NCBI GenBank assembly: GCA_963737905.1
Contig: CAVTUQ010000038.1
Location: forward strand, 32,001 to 96,000
DNA from: an uncultured delta proteobacterium
GTDB lineage: Bacteria; Desulfobacterota; Binatia; UBA9968
Length of the DNA: 64,000 nucleotides
Direction of reading: 5' to 3'
The notes under the pieces are model-generated. The model saw only the letters and a program-made list of their open reading frames with translations, did not search any database and was not told where the DNA came from. Positions within the stretch are counted from its first letter, which is position 1; every line of letters begins with the position of its first letter. The position numbers and the translations under genes were made by a program. This document shows, in pieces, positions 43,696-53,425 of this stretch.

Positions 43696-43836
43696 ATGCA
43701 GCAGCCCAAAAAACAGTTTGCGATCTGCGTTGGGAACGAAGGGGCTGAAGATCTAGAGACCAGGAAGATTTACCAGATTCTTCCCCATACGCGCACCAAG
43801 ATGGGTGGATTCCGGCTCCCGCTAGCCCGACTGTGA
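43696..43836 (+). pseudogene. Truncated small conserved hypothetical protein, cut at a REP element
   Basis: MQQPKKQFAICVGNEGAEDLETRKIYQILP, then runs into the REP palindrome. Confidence 0.4.
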
Positions 43837-43853
43837 TCGGGTTGGCCGGAATC
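43806..43853. repeat. REP-like palindrome, direct-repeat partner of 42119-42137
   Basis: gattccggc...gccggaatc inverted repeat; tggattccggctcccgcta matches 42119-42137 at 18/19. Confidence 0.7.
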
Positions 43854-44918
43854 AGGCTGAATTATTCAACTGATTTTGAGGAATCCAGAAAAAGCCGTGA
43901 CTGGACACTCCGATGGAAACCATTCGGAGTGACAACGTTGGGCAGGCAGTCCGATTGGGGGTATCCAGTGCCGACATTCTTTGCCGTTTTCCTCGCTATT
44001 TTTATTTTTCAGGACTTGGCGCATGCGGCAGATAGGATCAGGATTGGATTTGCTCCAGGAGCCAGTTCTACCCCTTTCCCGCTAGCGCAGAAGAAAGGAT
44101 TCATGAAAGAGGAAGGATTTGAAGCCGAGATCATTCGGATGTCTAGCACAGTGGCAGCGGTAGCGCTGGCCAGCGGCGAAGCCGACTATGTTACCGGCAT
44201 GAGTGCTATACGGGGAGCGATCCAAGGGCTGCCGCTTAAAGTCATTGCTTCCTATATACAAGGTAGCTCACAGACACTCGTGGCCCGTGGTGATCTCAAA
44301 TCCGTGAGAGAGCTGAAGGGAAAAACAGTTGTGATCGGGACTCCTGGGGGTAGTCCTGATCGCCATGCGCGGCTAATGCTCAAGCATTTTGGCCTAGAGC
44401 CGGATAAAGACGTAAAGTTCGCTTCGGGAGGTCTTACCGAAGGCCGTCTTGCTCGTCTGCAGCAGGGGTTAATCGATGCAACGGTAGTCCCGGTCCCCCT
44501 CGATCTTCAGGCAAGGAAGTTGGGATTAAACGTCCTTGCGCGGGCCTATGAGATATTCACCTACCCCGAGGGCGGTCTGATAACTACGACAAAGAAAATC
44601 AGAGAGAAGCCCGACGAGGTTAAGCGAGTTATCAAAGCAGGTATTAAGGCCAGCCGCTATATCAGGACAAATCGCGACGGGACGATTCAGTTTCTGATGG
44701 AGTGGCAGAGGATCGATAGGGATATAGCCACTGGGACATACGAGTATTTATCGAAAGCCATTAATTACGATGGAAGCCTGTCAGAAAGCGGCTTTCGCCT
44801 GATAATCGAGGAGATTAAAGAGCTAGCCAAGGTAAACCGCGAGGTTGCCTTAGGTGACGTTGCGGATCTTTCGATTCTCAGAGAGGCGCAGAAGGAGCTT
44901 GGGATTAAGGAGAATTAA
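43833..44918 (+). CDS. ABC substrate-binding protein, SsuA/NMT1-like (true start probably ~43968)
   Basis: Signal peptide AHA-A; IRIG, KKGFMKEEGFE, ELKGK, GLEPDKDV. Confidence 0.85.
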   Translation: MIGLAGIRLNYSTDFEESRKSRDWTLRWKPFGVTTLGRQSDWGYPVPTFFAVFLAIFIFQDLAHAADRIRIGFAPGASSTPFPLAQKKGFMKEEGFEAEIIRMSSTVAAVALASGEADYVTGMSAIRGAIQGLPLKVIASYIQGSSQTLVARGDLKSVRELKGKTVVIGTPGGSPDRHARLMLKHFGLEPDKDVKFASGGLTEGRLARLQQGLIDATVVPVPLDLQARKLGLNVLARAYEIFTYPEGGLITTTKKIREKPDEVKRVIKAGIKASRYIRTNRDGTIQFLMEWQRIDRDIATGTYEYLSKAINYDGSLSESGFRLIIEEIKELAKVNREVALGDVADLSILREAQKELGIKEN

Positions 44919-45008
44919 GTCTTTCTCATCTCGTTGCGCAAGTCTACGGTCTCTGCGTCACCCGCTGTGGCACGGTAATGACGGTGAAAGATGGCGGCTT
45001 CACCCATT

Positions 45009-45809
45009 CTAGATGAACTCCCGAATCGCTTTGTGTGCCGCATCGGGATTTGTCGCCAGGTAATGATGACCCTCCCCCGGTAGCACTACGAGCTTGGCAT
45101 TGGGAATTTCTCGCGCGAGCTCGTGGGCAGCGTGCCAGTGAGTTTTATCCGTCGCGCCGTGTTTTTCGTCGTCACCAACGAGCACGAGCGTGGGGACCCG
45201 GATCTCCTTCAAGCGCTCCGTGTGGTCATGTTCCTGGCGCGCCAGCACAAAGTGAAGATAGTTCTCCAGCGGCGCGATGCCGGACATCCTGACCTGGAGA
45301 AACTTTTCGATCAGATCGGGATGGGCCGCTACGAATTCTCTAGTCCATCCCGTTTCAATCGTGTGCTGACGAATGTAGGCCTCGAAACCCAAGCGAACCA
45401 TGTCGCGGCACATGGCAAGAGGAATACCTTTTGCTCCCGGATGAGAAGAGCCGCTGGAGGCAAGGATAAGTTGCTTAACCTTGTTCGGATGATCCAGGGC
45501 TAGCAGTTGAGCGACCACGCCACCCATGGAATGCCCGCAGACGACCGCTTGTTCCGCGTCCAGATGATCGAGGATCGTCGCGGCGTCATCGGTGAACATT
45601 TTGATTGAATATTTCTGCACCGCTTTGCTTGATTTGCCGGTGCCGCGGTAGTCAAAGACAATGACTTTGTGGTCCTGAGAGAACTCACGCACTTGATGAA
45701 ACTTCCAGGCTTGGTGATCGAGACCGGTTACACTACAGAAGAGAAATGGCGGGCCGTCGCCGTGGACTTCGTAATACATCTCGGCGTCTTGAACTTTTAG
45801 GTGAGGCAT
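45009..45809 (-). CDS. Alpha/beta fold hydrolase
   Basis: DYRGTGKS, GHSMGG nucleophile elbow, PTLVLVG, GHH. Confidence 0.9.
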   Translation of the reverse strand: MPHLKVQDAEMYYEVHGDGPPFLFCSVTGLDHQAWKFHQVREFSQDHKVIVFDYRGTGKSSKAVQKYSIKMFTDDAATILDHLDAEQAVVCGHSMGGVVAQLLALDHPNKVKQLILASSGSSHPGAKGIPLAMCRDMVRLGFEAYIRQHTIETGWTREFVAAHPDLIEKFLQVRMSGIAPLENYLHFVLARQEHDHTERLKEIRVPTLVLVGDDEKHGATDKTHWHAAHELAREIPNAKLVVLPGEGHHYLATNPDAAHKAIREFI

Positions 45810-45885
45810 GGTTTTTACCCTCCGGGTTTATTTCTGCTGGCACGCTTTTCTTCGAGGGACGCAAACGGTTTGCGGTCGACACTGC

Positions 45886-46932
45886 CTATTTGACGCTTAC
45901 ACCTTGCGCGGCGTAGGCCCGGTCGATGAAGCCGCTTTCATCGAGCTTACGCATGATGCGATTATCGATCACATCTTCGACTTTGATCTCACCGACTTTC
46001 GGAGTTCGGAGCTTCAACATTCGCTGCACGTTGCGCAGGCCTTCCAAAGAAGCAAATGGTTTGCGATCGACGCCAACCAGCAGATCCTGATATCCGTCCT
46101 CTGCGCCTGCGGCGTCCGTTCTGAGCCGACGCGCCAGTGTTTTAAGGACGGACGGTTTATTTTTGGGAGCAAGAGCAAAGGCGAGGGCTTCAATCTCCGC
46201 CTTTAAGTAACTCTCGACAATGTCCGGTCGCTGTTGTAGGAACGTGTGCGGCGCGATCATAGCCTGGCCGACGATGCGTTGGTTCAAATCCGAATATTCG
46301 CCGAGGACCGTGAACCCTTTCTGCTTGAGTCGCCGGCTGAATACCCCATCGAGCACCGCGGCGTCGACAATTCCCGTTTCAACGGCTTGGACTTGGACAC
46401 TTTGATCGCCGACGACTTGCAACAAAATCTTATCGCGTTGTGGCTCCAGCCCGAAGTGTTCAAGCCAGAGCAGCGCGCCCATCCAGGTCGTGCCCCCTAT
46501 GCTCGTAAGGCCGAATGTTTTGCCGCGCAAATCCTCGGCGCGTTTAATGCTGGGCCGCGCGATCAGGTCATAGGTGTTATGGCTGGAAAAAGTGGCCACG
46601 AGTTTAAAATCGTAACCGCCGCCAACGGCTGCGAGCATTGCGCTCCCGCCGCTGCGGCCGAGCTGCATGTCACCCGACGCGAGACCGGCCACCAACGTCG
46701 GCGCGCCGCGCAGATAAACTGGTTGGGCGTCGAGGCCGTATTTGGCAAAGAGCCCTTGCTCTTCGGCGATCCAAAGAGCGGAGATGCGAGCATTCAACGC
46801 GGCGTAGCCAACGATCAACTTGAAAGGCGCGGAGGCGGCGTAGGAAGGAGCGTCACAGGTCACGAGGATAAAAGCAGTAACGATGCATCCCAAAATCCAA
46901 CTCATGGCTACCCTCATGGATGAATGAATCAT
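45886..46932 (-). CDS. ABC substrate-binding protein, SsuA/NMT1-like
   Basis: Signal peptide; LWIAEEQGLFAKYGL, DLRGK, LDESGFID. Confidence 0.88.
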   Translation of the reverse strand: MIHSSMRVAMSWILGCIVTAFILVTCDAPSYAASAPFKLIVGYAALNARISALWIAEEQGLFAKYGLDAQPVYLRGAPTLVAGLASGDMQLGRSGGSAMLAAVGGGYDFKLVATFSSHNTYDLIARPSIKRAEDLRGKTFGLTSIGGTTWMGALLWLEHFGLEPQRDKILLQVVGDQSVQVQAVETGIVDAAVLDGVFSRRLKQKGFTVLGEYSDLNQRIVGQAMIAPHTFLQQRPDIVESYLKAEIEALAFALAPKNKPSVLKTLARRLRTDAAGAEDGYQDLLVGVDRKPFASLEGLRNVQRMLKLRTPKVGEIKVEDVIDNRIMRKLDESGFIDRAYAAQGVSVK

Positions 46933-47066
46933 TACTCTACCCCGTTCTCAGCATAGATCCGGCCAATATAACCGCAGCGTGATCGTTCAGGCTGGGACAA
47001 AAAATTAAGGTCAAAAAGATAAACGAGAGTCTCATGGTATGACTTGGAAACATAATACGGCAAATG

Positions 47067-47907
47067 TCAACTGTCGAACTGCGCCAGCCACTGATAGATG
47101 ATCTCGACAATCTCCGCCGTGTGCTTATTGTAAAAATGATTGCCTCCGTCGACCAGCTTATAGATTGAGTTGGCACCCGCGGCAGCGACCAGCTCTTCGC
47201 GCGTATTCATGAAAAAACTTGGGCTCGGCGCTGCCGACGATGGCGAGCAAGGGGCAGCCGAGCCGCTTTGCGTAGGGACGGCAATCGTTGCGATCGTCTT
47301 TGCCGTATTTGTCCAAATGTGTACGGGCGGTAAAGATTCCCGGTGTGGCACCCACGGCGACGGACAATAACTCTTCACCCCTGCTCTCAGCGACCATAGT
47401 TTCAGCTCTTTCTATGGTTTCGCGAAACCCGGGCTGCCGGGAAATCCGCTCGGAATAGAATTGCTTTGGGGCGGAGCAAGACACGATGCTGACCACGTCC
47501 GCACGTTGGCGCGTGCCCTGGTAGATGATCGATTTGATAGCTCCCAAACTATGGCCGATGAGCACGAAGCGGCGATAGCCTTGCTTTTCGAGGTAATTCA
47601 AAGCCCCGTCAAAATCGAATAAGCAGTCGTCAAGATTTTCGTAAGCCGACCCGCCGAATTTAGTTAGATTGCCGACGCGGGCAATCCAGTCGTGGCCGCG
47701 GGTATTGATCACAAAGCAATGGTAGCGGCGTTGCGCCAGCTCCTGCCCGAAACTCGCCAACGGCGGCAAATAAAAATTCATCGCTACGCCGTGAACAAAC
47801 ACCAGTGCAAGATCCGAGCGTTCCTCTGGCGGCGTGAAGAGCAGGCCGTGGAGTCTCTCGTTGTCGGCGGTTTTGAAACTACAGAGTTGCGTGTGGATGC
47901 TCATCAA
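47067..47907 (-). CDS. Alpha/beta hydrolase (DUF1749-like), frameshift near 47198
   Basis: VHG, NTRGHD, GHSLG; C-terminal GGNHFY lies in the second frame. Confidence 0.75.
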
Positions 47908-47935
47908 TGGTTTTTGCTCATTTCGTCTTGCGCTA

Positions 47936-48970
47936 TTATTTTATTCCGTACTCGGCATAGAGGCGATCGAAGAAGCCGCTGTCATCGATTTTCTTCAAGA
48001 CGCTTGAATCGACGAGGTTTTCTACTTTGACATCGCCGATGCGGGGATTTTGGCTTTTCATGAGACGCTGCAGGATTTTGAGCCCATCCATCGAAACGTA
48101 GGGTTTGCGGTATTCTTCCAGGCGGATCAAGGTGAAAACATCTTGATAGGCGCCCTCCGCGGCGGAAAGATCGCTTAGCTTGAATTGTTTGCTAATGGTC
48201 TCTAGCACGGCGGGTTTGTTCTTGGGCCCCGTGATAAATACCATGCTTTCGATAAGGGCCTTGAGTACGCTCTCTAGAGTGTCGGTGTTTTGCTGGAGAT
48301 AAGGTTTTTCCACGAGGACGGTCATCCCCACGGAAGGTAGCCTTGTTTGCTCACACCGCCCCAGGACCACGAATCCCTTCTCGGCCAACCGGCGGCTCAA
48401 AAAACCCGGGACGACGGTGGCGTCGATGCGGCCGGTTTCAAGGGCCTGGCTTAGAATCGTCACATCACCAATGACGATCATCTGAATATTGTCACGCTTT
48501 TCATCCATACCAAAGTGCTCGAGCCAAACCGTAGCCGTTTTCCACACGCCGCCGCCAATGCTCTGGATGCCGAAGCGCTTGCCGCGCAAATCTTTCGGAC
48601 TATTGATTCCCGGTCGGGCGACGAGATCTAGGTTTTCTCGGCTGCTCAAGCTGGCTACCATCTGTAACTCTTTGCCGCCCACCGCCGCGGCGAGGGCTGT
48701 CGTTGCGCCGCCGTAGGCGATTTGGGTATCGCCTGATGCGAGAGTGGCAATCTGCGCCGGGTTGCCGCGCACCCAGACGACTTTGGATTTAATGCCGTAT
48801 TTGCCAAAGAAGTTTTGACGTTGGGCAACCCAGAGGGGGATTGCCGACGTGCTCATGCTTGCATGGGTGATGATGACTTCGGCCGGAGCGGCGAACAGCT
48901 CGGCTCTAGCGGTCAAGACCAAAACGATCGAAAGCAAGCTTGCGCGCACCATCCTGACAGCTCGCTTCAT
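47936..48970 (-). CDS. ABC substrate-binding protein, SsuA/NMT1-like
   Basis: Signal peptide; PLWVA...FFGKYGI, DLRGKRFG, IDDSGFFD. Confidence 0.88.
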   Translation of the reverse strand: MKRAVRMVRASLLSIVLVLTARAELFAAPAEVIITHASMSTSAIPLWVAQRQNFFGKYGIKSKVVWVRGNPAQIATLASGDTQIAYGGATTALAAAVGGKELQMVASLSSRENLDLVARPGINSPKDLRGKRFGIQSIGGGVWKTATVWLEHFGMDEKRDNIQMIVIGDVTILSQALETGRIDATVVPGFLSRRLAEKGFVVLGRCEQTRLPSVGMTVLVEKPYLQQNTDTLESVLKALIESMVFITGPKNKPAVLETISKQFKLSDLSAAEGAYQDVFTLIRLEEYRKPYVSMDGLKILQRLMKSQNPRIGDVKVENLVDSSVLKKIDDSGFFDRLYAEYGIK

Positions 48971-49104
48971 GGGTCACCTCCGACGTTTGTTGGGCAAGTT
49001 ACCGAACCGGTTAAGGATTTGGAGAATATAGCCGCAATCGATTTGTTCCGGCAACATAAAAAATGAGGGTTGTGTGGCGTGTAGGCTCGGGGGCGTCTCG
49101 GTTC

Positions 49105-49133
49105 TTGACATTTCTAATCAACTTACTTAGGAT
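49105..49133 (+). promoter_or_regulatory. Sigma70 promoter of the Rrf2-sulfite reductase operon
   Basis: TTGACA-N17-TAGGAT, 28 nt upstream of ATG 49162. Confidence 0.7.
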
Positions 49134-49161
49134 CGGTTACCTAGTAAAGGCACGACGACTT

Positions 49162-49596
49162 ATGAAGGTCAGTTCAAAAGGCCATTACGGATTACTTGCT
49201 CTAGCCGAGCTTGTCGACAATTACAAACTTCGGCGGGCCGTACAGGTGAAGGAAATCGCCAAGAACCAGCAGATACCCCCCGAGTACCTGGGGCAGATTA
49301 TGGTCTTGTTGAAGCGGGGGCGGCTCGTTCACGGCTCACGCGGGCCTGCGGGGGGTTATATACTCGCCCGTCCTCCGGAGACGATTACGGTTAGAGAGGT
49401 GTTGCATGTGCTCGAGGGGCCGTTGGTGGGGATCGATCTACGGCCGGGCACACATGGCAGGGGAATGTCTCCGGTGACCCAGCGGTTGGTCGAGACCTGG
49501 GCACGAGGCGTCAAAGCGATGGAGAACATTCTCGACGAAATGACCTTGGCTGAGTTGTGTAAACCGGAACCGGCGGCGCTGATGTACTACATTTGA
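49162..49596 (+). CDS. Rrf2 family regulator, CymR-like
   Basis: KGHYGL.AL, YLGQIM..L, SRGPAGGY.LAR; lacks the IscR Cys triad; ends in LMYYI. Confidence 0.88.
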   Translation: MKVSSKGHYGLLALAELVDNYKLRRAVQVKEIAKNQQIPPEYLGQIMVLLKRGRLVHGSRGPAGGYILARPPETITVREVLHVLEGPLVGIDLRPGTHGRGMSPVTQRLVETWARGVKAMENILDEMTLAELCKPEPAALMYYI

Positions 49597-49676
49597 AAAA
49601 TTTTTGGCGGTATTTCTGACTAAATAAATTTGAAAAGTCAGGTTCAAGCCAAACTCTGAGTCAAAGGAGATAGGCC

Positions 49677-51971
49677 GTGGAAAAAAGCCCTACCTGGAAA
49701 GAAAAGGTCGCCGAGAAAATACCGCCGGAACTGGCGCGGGAGATCGACATCTTCGAGCAACAAATGGAGCTCCGAAAGCAGGGGAAGATCGACGAAAAGG
49801 TCTTTGCCGAGACTCGCTTGCGGCGCGGCATCTATGGGCAGCGTTATGATAATGGACAGCGGCACGACGGCAAACGCATCCAGAAGCTCAAACTTCCAGC
49901 GGACGTTATCAAGGGACCGGATACACTATGGGACGCGCCGGGCATGATGCGCATCAAGATTCCGTTTGGCGGGCTCAATCCGGAACAACTGGAGGTTCTC
50001 GCGGAGCTGTCGGAGGAATATGCGGATGGTGTCTCCCATGTGACTACCCGCCAGGACATTCAATTTCATTTCGTCCACATTGACGACACGCCTTCGTTGA
50101 TGCGCCGTCTCGCGGCTGTTGGAATCACGACGCGGGAAGCCTGCGGCAACGTGGTCCGTAACGTGACGGCTTGCCCCTTGGCGGGCATCTGCCGCGACGA
50201 AACCTTTGACACGACGCCTTATGCCAAAGCCTGCTCAAGGTTCTTGCTGGGGCACCCCGATACACAGGACTTTGGCCGCAAGTTTAAAATCGCCTTCTCG
50301 GGTTGCCAGCAGCATCCCTGCGGTCTGGTGACCATGCATGACATGGGCGCCATCGCCAAGACGAGAATCGTCGACGGCAAGGAAAAGCGCGGCTTCGCGG
50401 TTTACGTCGGCGGCGGTCTCGGCTCAGTCCCGTACAAGGCGAAGTTGTTCGATGAATTTCTGCCTGAAGAAGAGCTCTTGCCGATATCCCAGGCTATCTC
50501 GCGGGTGTTCGCGCGTTTGGGTGAAAAACGGAATCGCGCCCGGGCACGGGTGAAGTTTCTCATCGCGAATCTTGGCATCGATGAGTTTCGCAAGCTCGTT
50601 CTGGCAGAGCGCCAAAAGCTGGCCAATGATCGACGCTGGACGGCCCACCTGGCATCGGTTAATGACCAAACGGAAGAGCCGCTTAAACCCGGAGTAAGCT
50701 TGAACGGCAGCGAACGGCCGGAAGGTTTCGATGCCTGGTACGCCACCAATGTATACAGGCAAAGGCAACCCGGATATGTAGCCGCCACGGTAACCTTGCC
50801 GTTGGGTGATGCCAGCGCCGACCAATTGCGGGCGCTCGCCGACATCGCCCGGCGTTTCGTTAAAGATACGATACGCACCACAGTGGAGCAAAACATTCTC
50901 TTCCGTTGGGTAAGCGAGGCGGACCTGCCGGAGTTTTACCGAGCGATCAAAGCCATCGGTCTCGGCGCGCCGGACGCGGCTACTATCGTAGACGTCACGG
51001 CCTGCCCGGGCACGGATACCTGCAAATTGGGAATCGCGTCGTCCCGCGGTCTCGCACGGGAGTTGCGCTATCGATTGGGCGAGAAGAGCTTGCAGCTCGA
51101 TGAAGCGGTGAAGAATCTGCGCATCAAAGTCAGCGGCTGCTTCAATTCCTGCGGCCAGCATCACATCGCCGACATTGGCTTTTACGGCATCAACCGCAAC
51201 GTGAAAGGATTTCAGGTGCCCCATTTCCAGGTGATTCTCGGCGGAAAGTTTCATGACAACGCCGGTGAGTATGGTGTTCCCATTGGCGCCGTTCCGTCCA
51301 AGCGGATACCGGAGGCGGTGCTATCGATCACTGAGTACTATGTGCGCAAGCGTCTGAAGGACGAACGCTTCCAGGATTTCGTCCGGCGCATCGGCAAAAA
51401 AGAGATCAAAGACTTGTTGGAGGATTTGACCAAAATTCCCGACCACGACGTGGATCGCGCCTACTACAGCGATTGGGGCGACCCCCGGGAGTTCACTCTA
51501 GCGGACATGGGAATCGGTGAGTGCGCCGGCGAGGTGGTGAGCCAGGCTGAGTTTACTCTGGCTGCCAGCGAACGCGAGTTGTTCGAGGCGCAGTTGCTCT
51601 TGGATGGCGGTCGGCCAGAAGAGGCCGCGAAAACGGCGTATGCTTCTATGGTGCGCGCTGCGCAAGGGTTGGTCAAGGCGCAAGATCCCGCCATTTCAGA
51701 AGATGAAAATCAAATTCTCGCCGAGTTCACCAGACGCTTTTACGAAACGCAGCTCTTCTGGGACAAGTATGCCGGCGGAAAATTCGCCGAGTACATGTTC
51801 AAGGCCAAGGAATTTGTCGGGGCGGGCAAGGCCGTGGATGCCGATCGCGCCGTACAATTGGTGCAGGAAGCGCAGTTGTTCATCGACGCGGCGCATGATT
51901 GTCACAACAAGCTGCGCGGCGGCGTGGCGAACGGAGTGAAGTTGGATAACGTTGCGCAACCCAGCGCTTAG
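49677..51971 (+). CDS. Nitrite/sulfite reductase hemoprotein with a C-terminal HEPN-like extension
   Basis: TTRQDIQ, RKFKIAFSGC, siroheme/4Fe-4S ligands CPGTDTC and GCFNSCGQH; helical C-terminal domain. Confidence 0.9.
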   Translation: MEKSPTWKEKVAEKIPPELAREIDIFEQQMELRKQGKIDEKVFAETRLRRGIYGQRYDNGQRHDGKRIQKLKLPADVIKGPDTLWDAPGMMRIKIPFGGLNPEQLEVLAELSEEYADGVSHVTTRQDIQFHFVHIDDTPSLMRRLAAVGITTREACGNVVRNVTACPLAGICRDETFDTTPYAKACSRFLLGHPDTQDFGRKFKIAFSGCQQHPCGLVTMHDMGAIAKTRIVDGKEKRGFAVYVGGGLGSVPYKAKLFDEFLPEEELLPISQAISRVFARLGEKRNRARARVKFLIANLGIDEFRKLVLAERQKLANDRRWTAHLASVNDQTEEPLKPGVSLNGSERPEGFDAWYATNVYRQRQPGYVAATVTLPLGDASADQLRALADIARRFVKDTIRTTVEQNILFRWVSEADLPEFYRAIKAIGLGAPDAATIVDVTACPGTDTCKLGIASSRGLARELRYRLGEKSLQLDEAVKNLRIKVSGCFNSCGQHHIADIGFYGINRNVKGFQVPHFQVILGGKFHDNAGEYGVPIGAVPSKRIPEAVLSITEYYVRKRLKDERFQDFVRRIGKKEIKDLLEDLTKIPDHDVDRAYYSDWGDPREFTLADMGIGECAGEVVSQAEFTLAASERELFEAQLLLDGGRPEEAAKTAYASMVRAAQGLVKAQDPAISEDENQILAEFTRRFYETQLFWDKYAGGKFAEYMFKAKEFVGAGKAVDADRAVQLVQEAQLFIDAAHDCHNKLRGGVANGVKLDNVAQPSA

Positions 51972-51986
51972 TTCGTTTTCAAAACA

Positions 51987-52565
51987 ATGGAACTGCAAAA
52001 GATCAACGTAAAGGTTTTTACCGCGGAGCCCAACAAGGTTTCGTTGACGGACTTTATCGATGTCTTTCACGGCTGGATTCAAGCCACAGACGGCGTCTAC
52101 CACGACGTTGCCGACTACAGCCATATGCAGGCCGGTCCGGGGGTCATCTTGGTGGCCGAGGACGCCAACGTCGGTATCGACGAGACCGGCGATCGGCGCG
52201 GGCTTCTCTATAGTCAAAAAAGTAAACTTAGCGGGTCGAACCTGGAGAAATTGAGCACCGTATTGCGGTCTGCTTTGGAAAATTGCCGGCGGTTGGAGCA
52301 AGAGCCGGCGCTGGACGGCAAATTGAGATTTGCGGGGAATCAAGTGGAGATTTCGGTCAATGACCGTTTGCTTGCGCCGAATATTAGCGAGACTTTTGAG
52401 GAGCTCCGGCCCGAAATTGATTTCTTGGCGCGGCGCCTCTATTCCAGTACGAATTTTACTTTGCGCCAGAACCGGCAAGATCCAAGACATCGGTTGAACG
52501 TGATCCTTAGCACACCGTTGTCATTTGAAACGAAAACATTGTTGAACAATCTACAAGCGATTTAG
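51987..52565 (+). CDS. Conserved hypothetical protein linked to the sulfite reductase
   Basis: FHGWIQ...DVADYSH..GPG...NDRLLAPN; 15 nt after the reductase stop. Confidence 0.75.
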   Translation: MELQKINVKVFTAEPNKVSLTDFIDVFHGWIQATDGVYHDVADYSHMQAGPGVILVAEDANVGIDETGDRRGLLYSQKSKLSGSNLEKLSTVLRSALENCRRLEQEPALDGKLRFAGNQVEISVNDRLLAPNISETFEELRPEIDFLARRLYSSTNFTLRQNRQDPRHRLNVILSTPLSFETKTLLNNLQAI

Positions 52566-52572
52566 CAGAGCA

Positions 52573-52791
52573 ATGAACCTCGCGAGGAGCTACGACGACG
52601 TGTGGGATTACATACGAAAAAACAATGTCCCTTACAATCGCCTTCATAAACAAGGCTATCCCAGCATCGGCTGCGCTCCCTGCACGCGGGCGGTGAACCC
52701 AGGAGAGGATCTCCGTGCGGGCCGCTGGTGGTGGGAAAATCCGGATACCAAAGAGTGCGGGCTGCACGTGAGCGCGGAAGCGAAGGTCTAA
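52573..52791 (+). pseudogene. cysH: APS/PAPS reductase remnant (C-terminal ~65 aa only)
   Basis: [27 protein letters not shown]...RAGRWWWE...KECGLH; the N-terminal nucleotide-binding part is absent. Confidence 0.88.
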
Positions 52792-52795
52792 AAGC

Positions 52796-53425
52796 GTGGG
52801 TTACTATCCCGTTTTTCTCGAAATGAAACAGCGTCGTTGCGTTGTCATCGGCGGCGGAAGAGTCGCAGAAAGAAAAGTCGAAGGACTCGTGGCCGCCGGA
52901 GCACGCGTGACTATTATCAGCCCGGCGATTACGGAGGGACTACGGCGTTTGCTCACGCAAGGCGCGATCCGCCACTTGGCGCGCGAACAACGCTCAGGCG
53001 ATCTGGCGGGTTACGAGCTGGCCTTTGTCGCCATGGATGATCCGGAGTTGAATGTAGCGGCGTGCAGGGAGGCGCGCTCGCGATACGTTTGGGTGAATAG
53101 CGCAGACGACCCGGCGCAATGTGATTTTATCTTGCCGGCGGTGATTCGGCGCGGCGACCTAGCGGTGGCACTTTCGACCGGCGGCGTGAGTCCAGCAGTG
53201 ACTCGCGCCATCCGCGAGGAGCTCGACGAGTACCTGACGGCGGACTACGCCGGGTTTGTTCAGATAGCAGGCGAGGTGCGCAGAGAGCTGCGGGCAAGGT
53301 CCGTTTTTCCAGATGCGAGCGCATGGAACCGGGCGCTGCAGGGAGACTTCCGTCGCTTGGTTAAGGAGGGACAACCAGGGCAAGCGAAAGAGCTTTTGCT
53401 GGAAACGTTAGGAGCCAAACCATGA
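52796..53425 (+). CDS. Precorrin-2 dehydrogenase/sirohydrochlorin ferrochelatase (CysG N-terminal type)
   Basis: YYPVFL, VIGGGRVAERK, VNSADDP..CDF..PA, STGGVSP. Confidence 0.92.
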   Translation: MGYYPVFLEMKQRRCVVIGGGRVAERKVEGLVAAGARVTIISPAITEGLRRLLTQGAIRHLAREQRSGDLAGYELAFVAMDDPELNVAACREARSRYVWVNSADDPAQCDFILPAVIRRGDLAVALSTGGVSPAVTRAIREELDEYLTADYAGFVQIAGEVRRELRARSVFPDASAWNRALQGDFRRLVKEGQPGQAKELLLETLGAKP

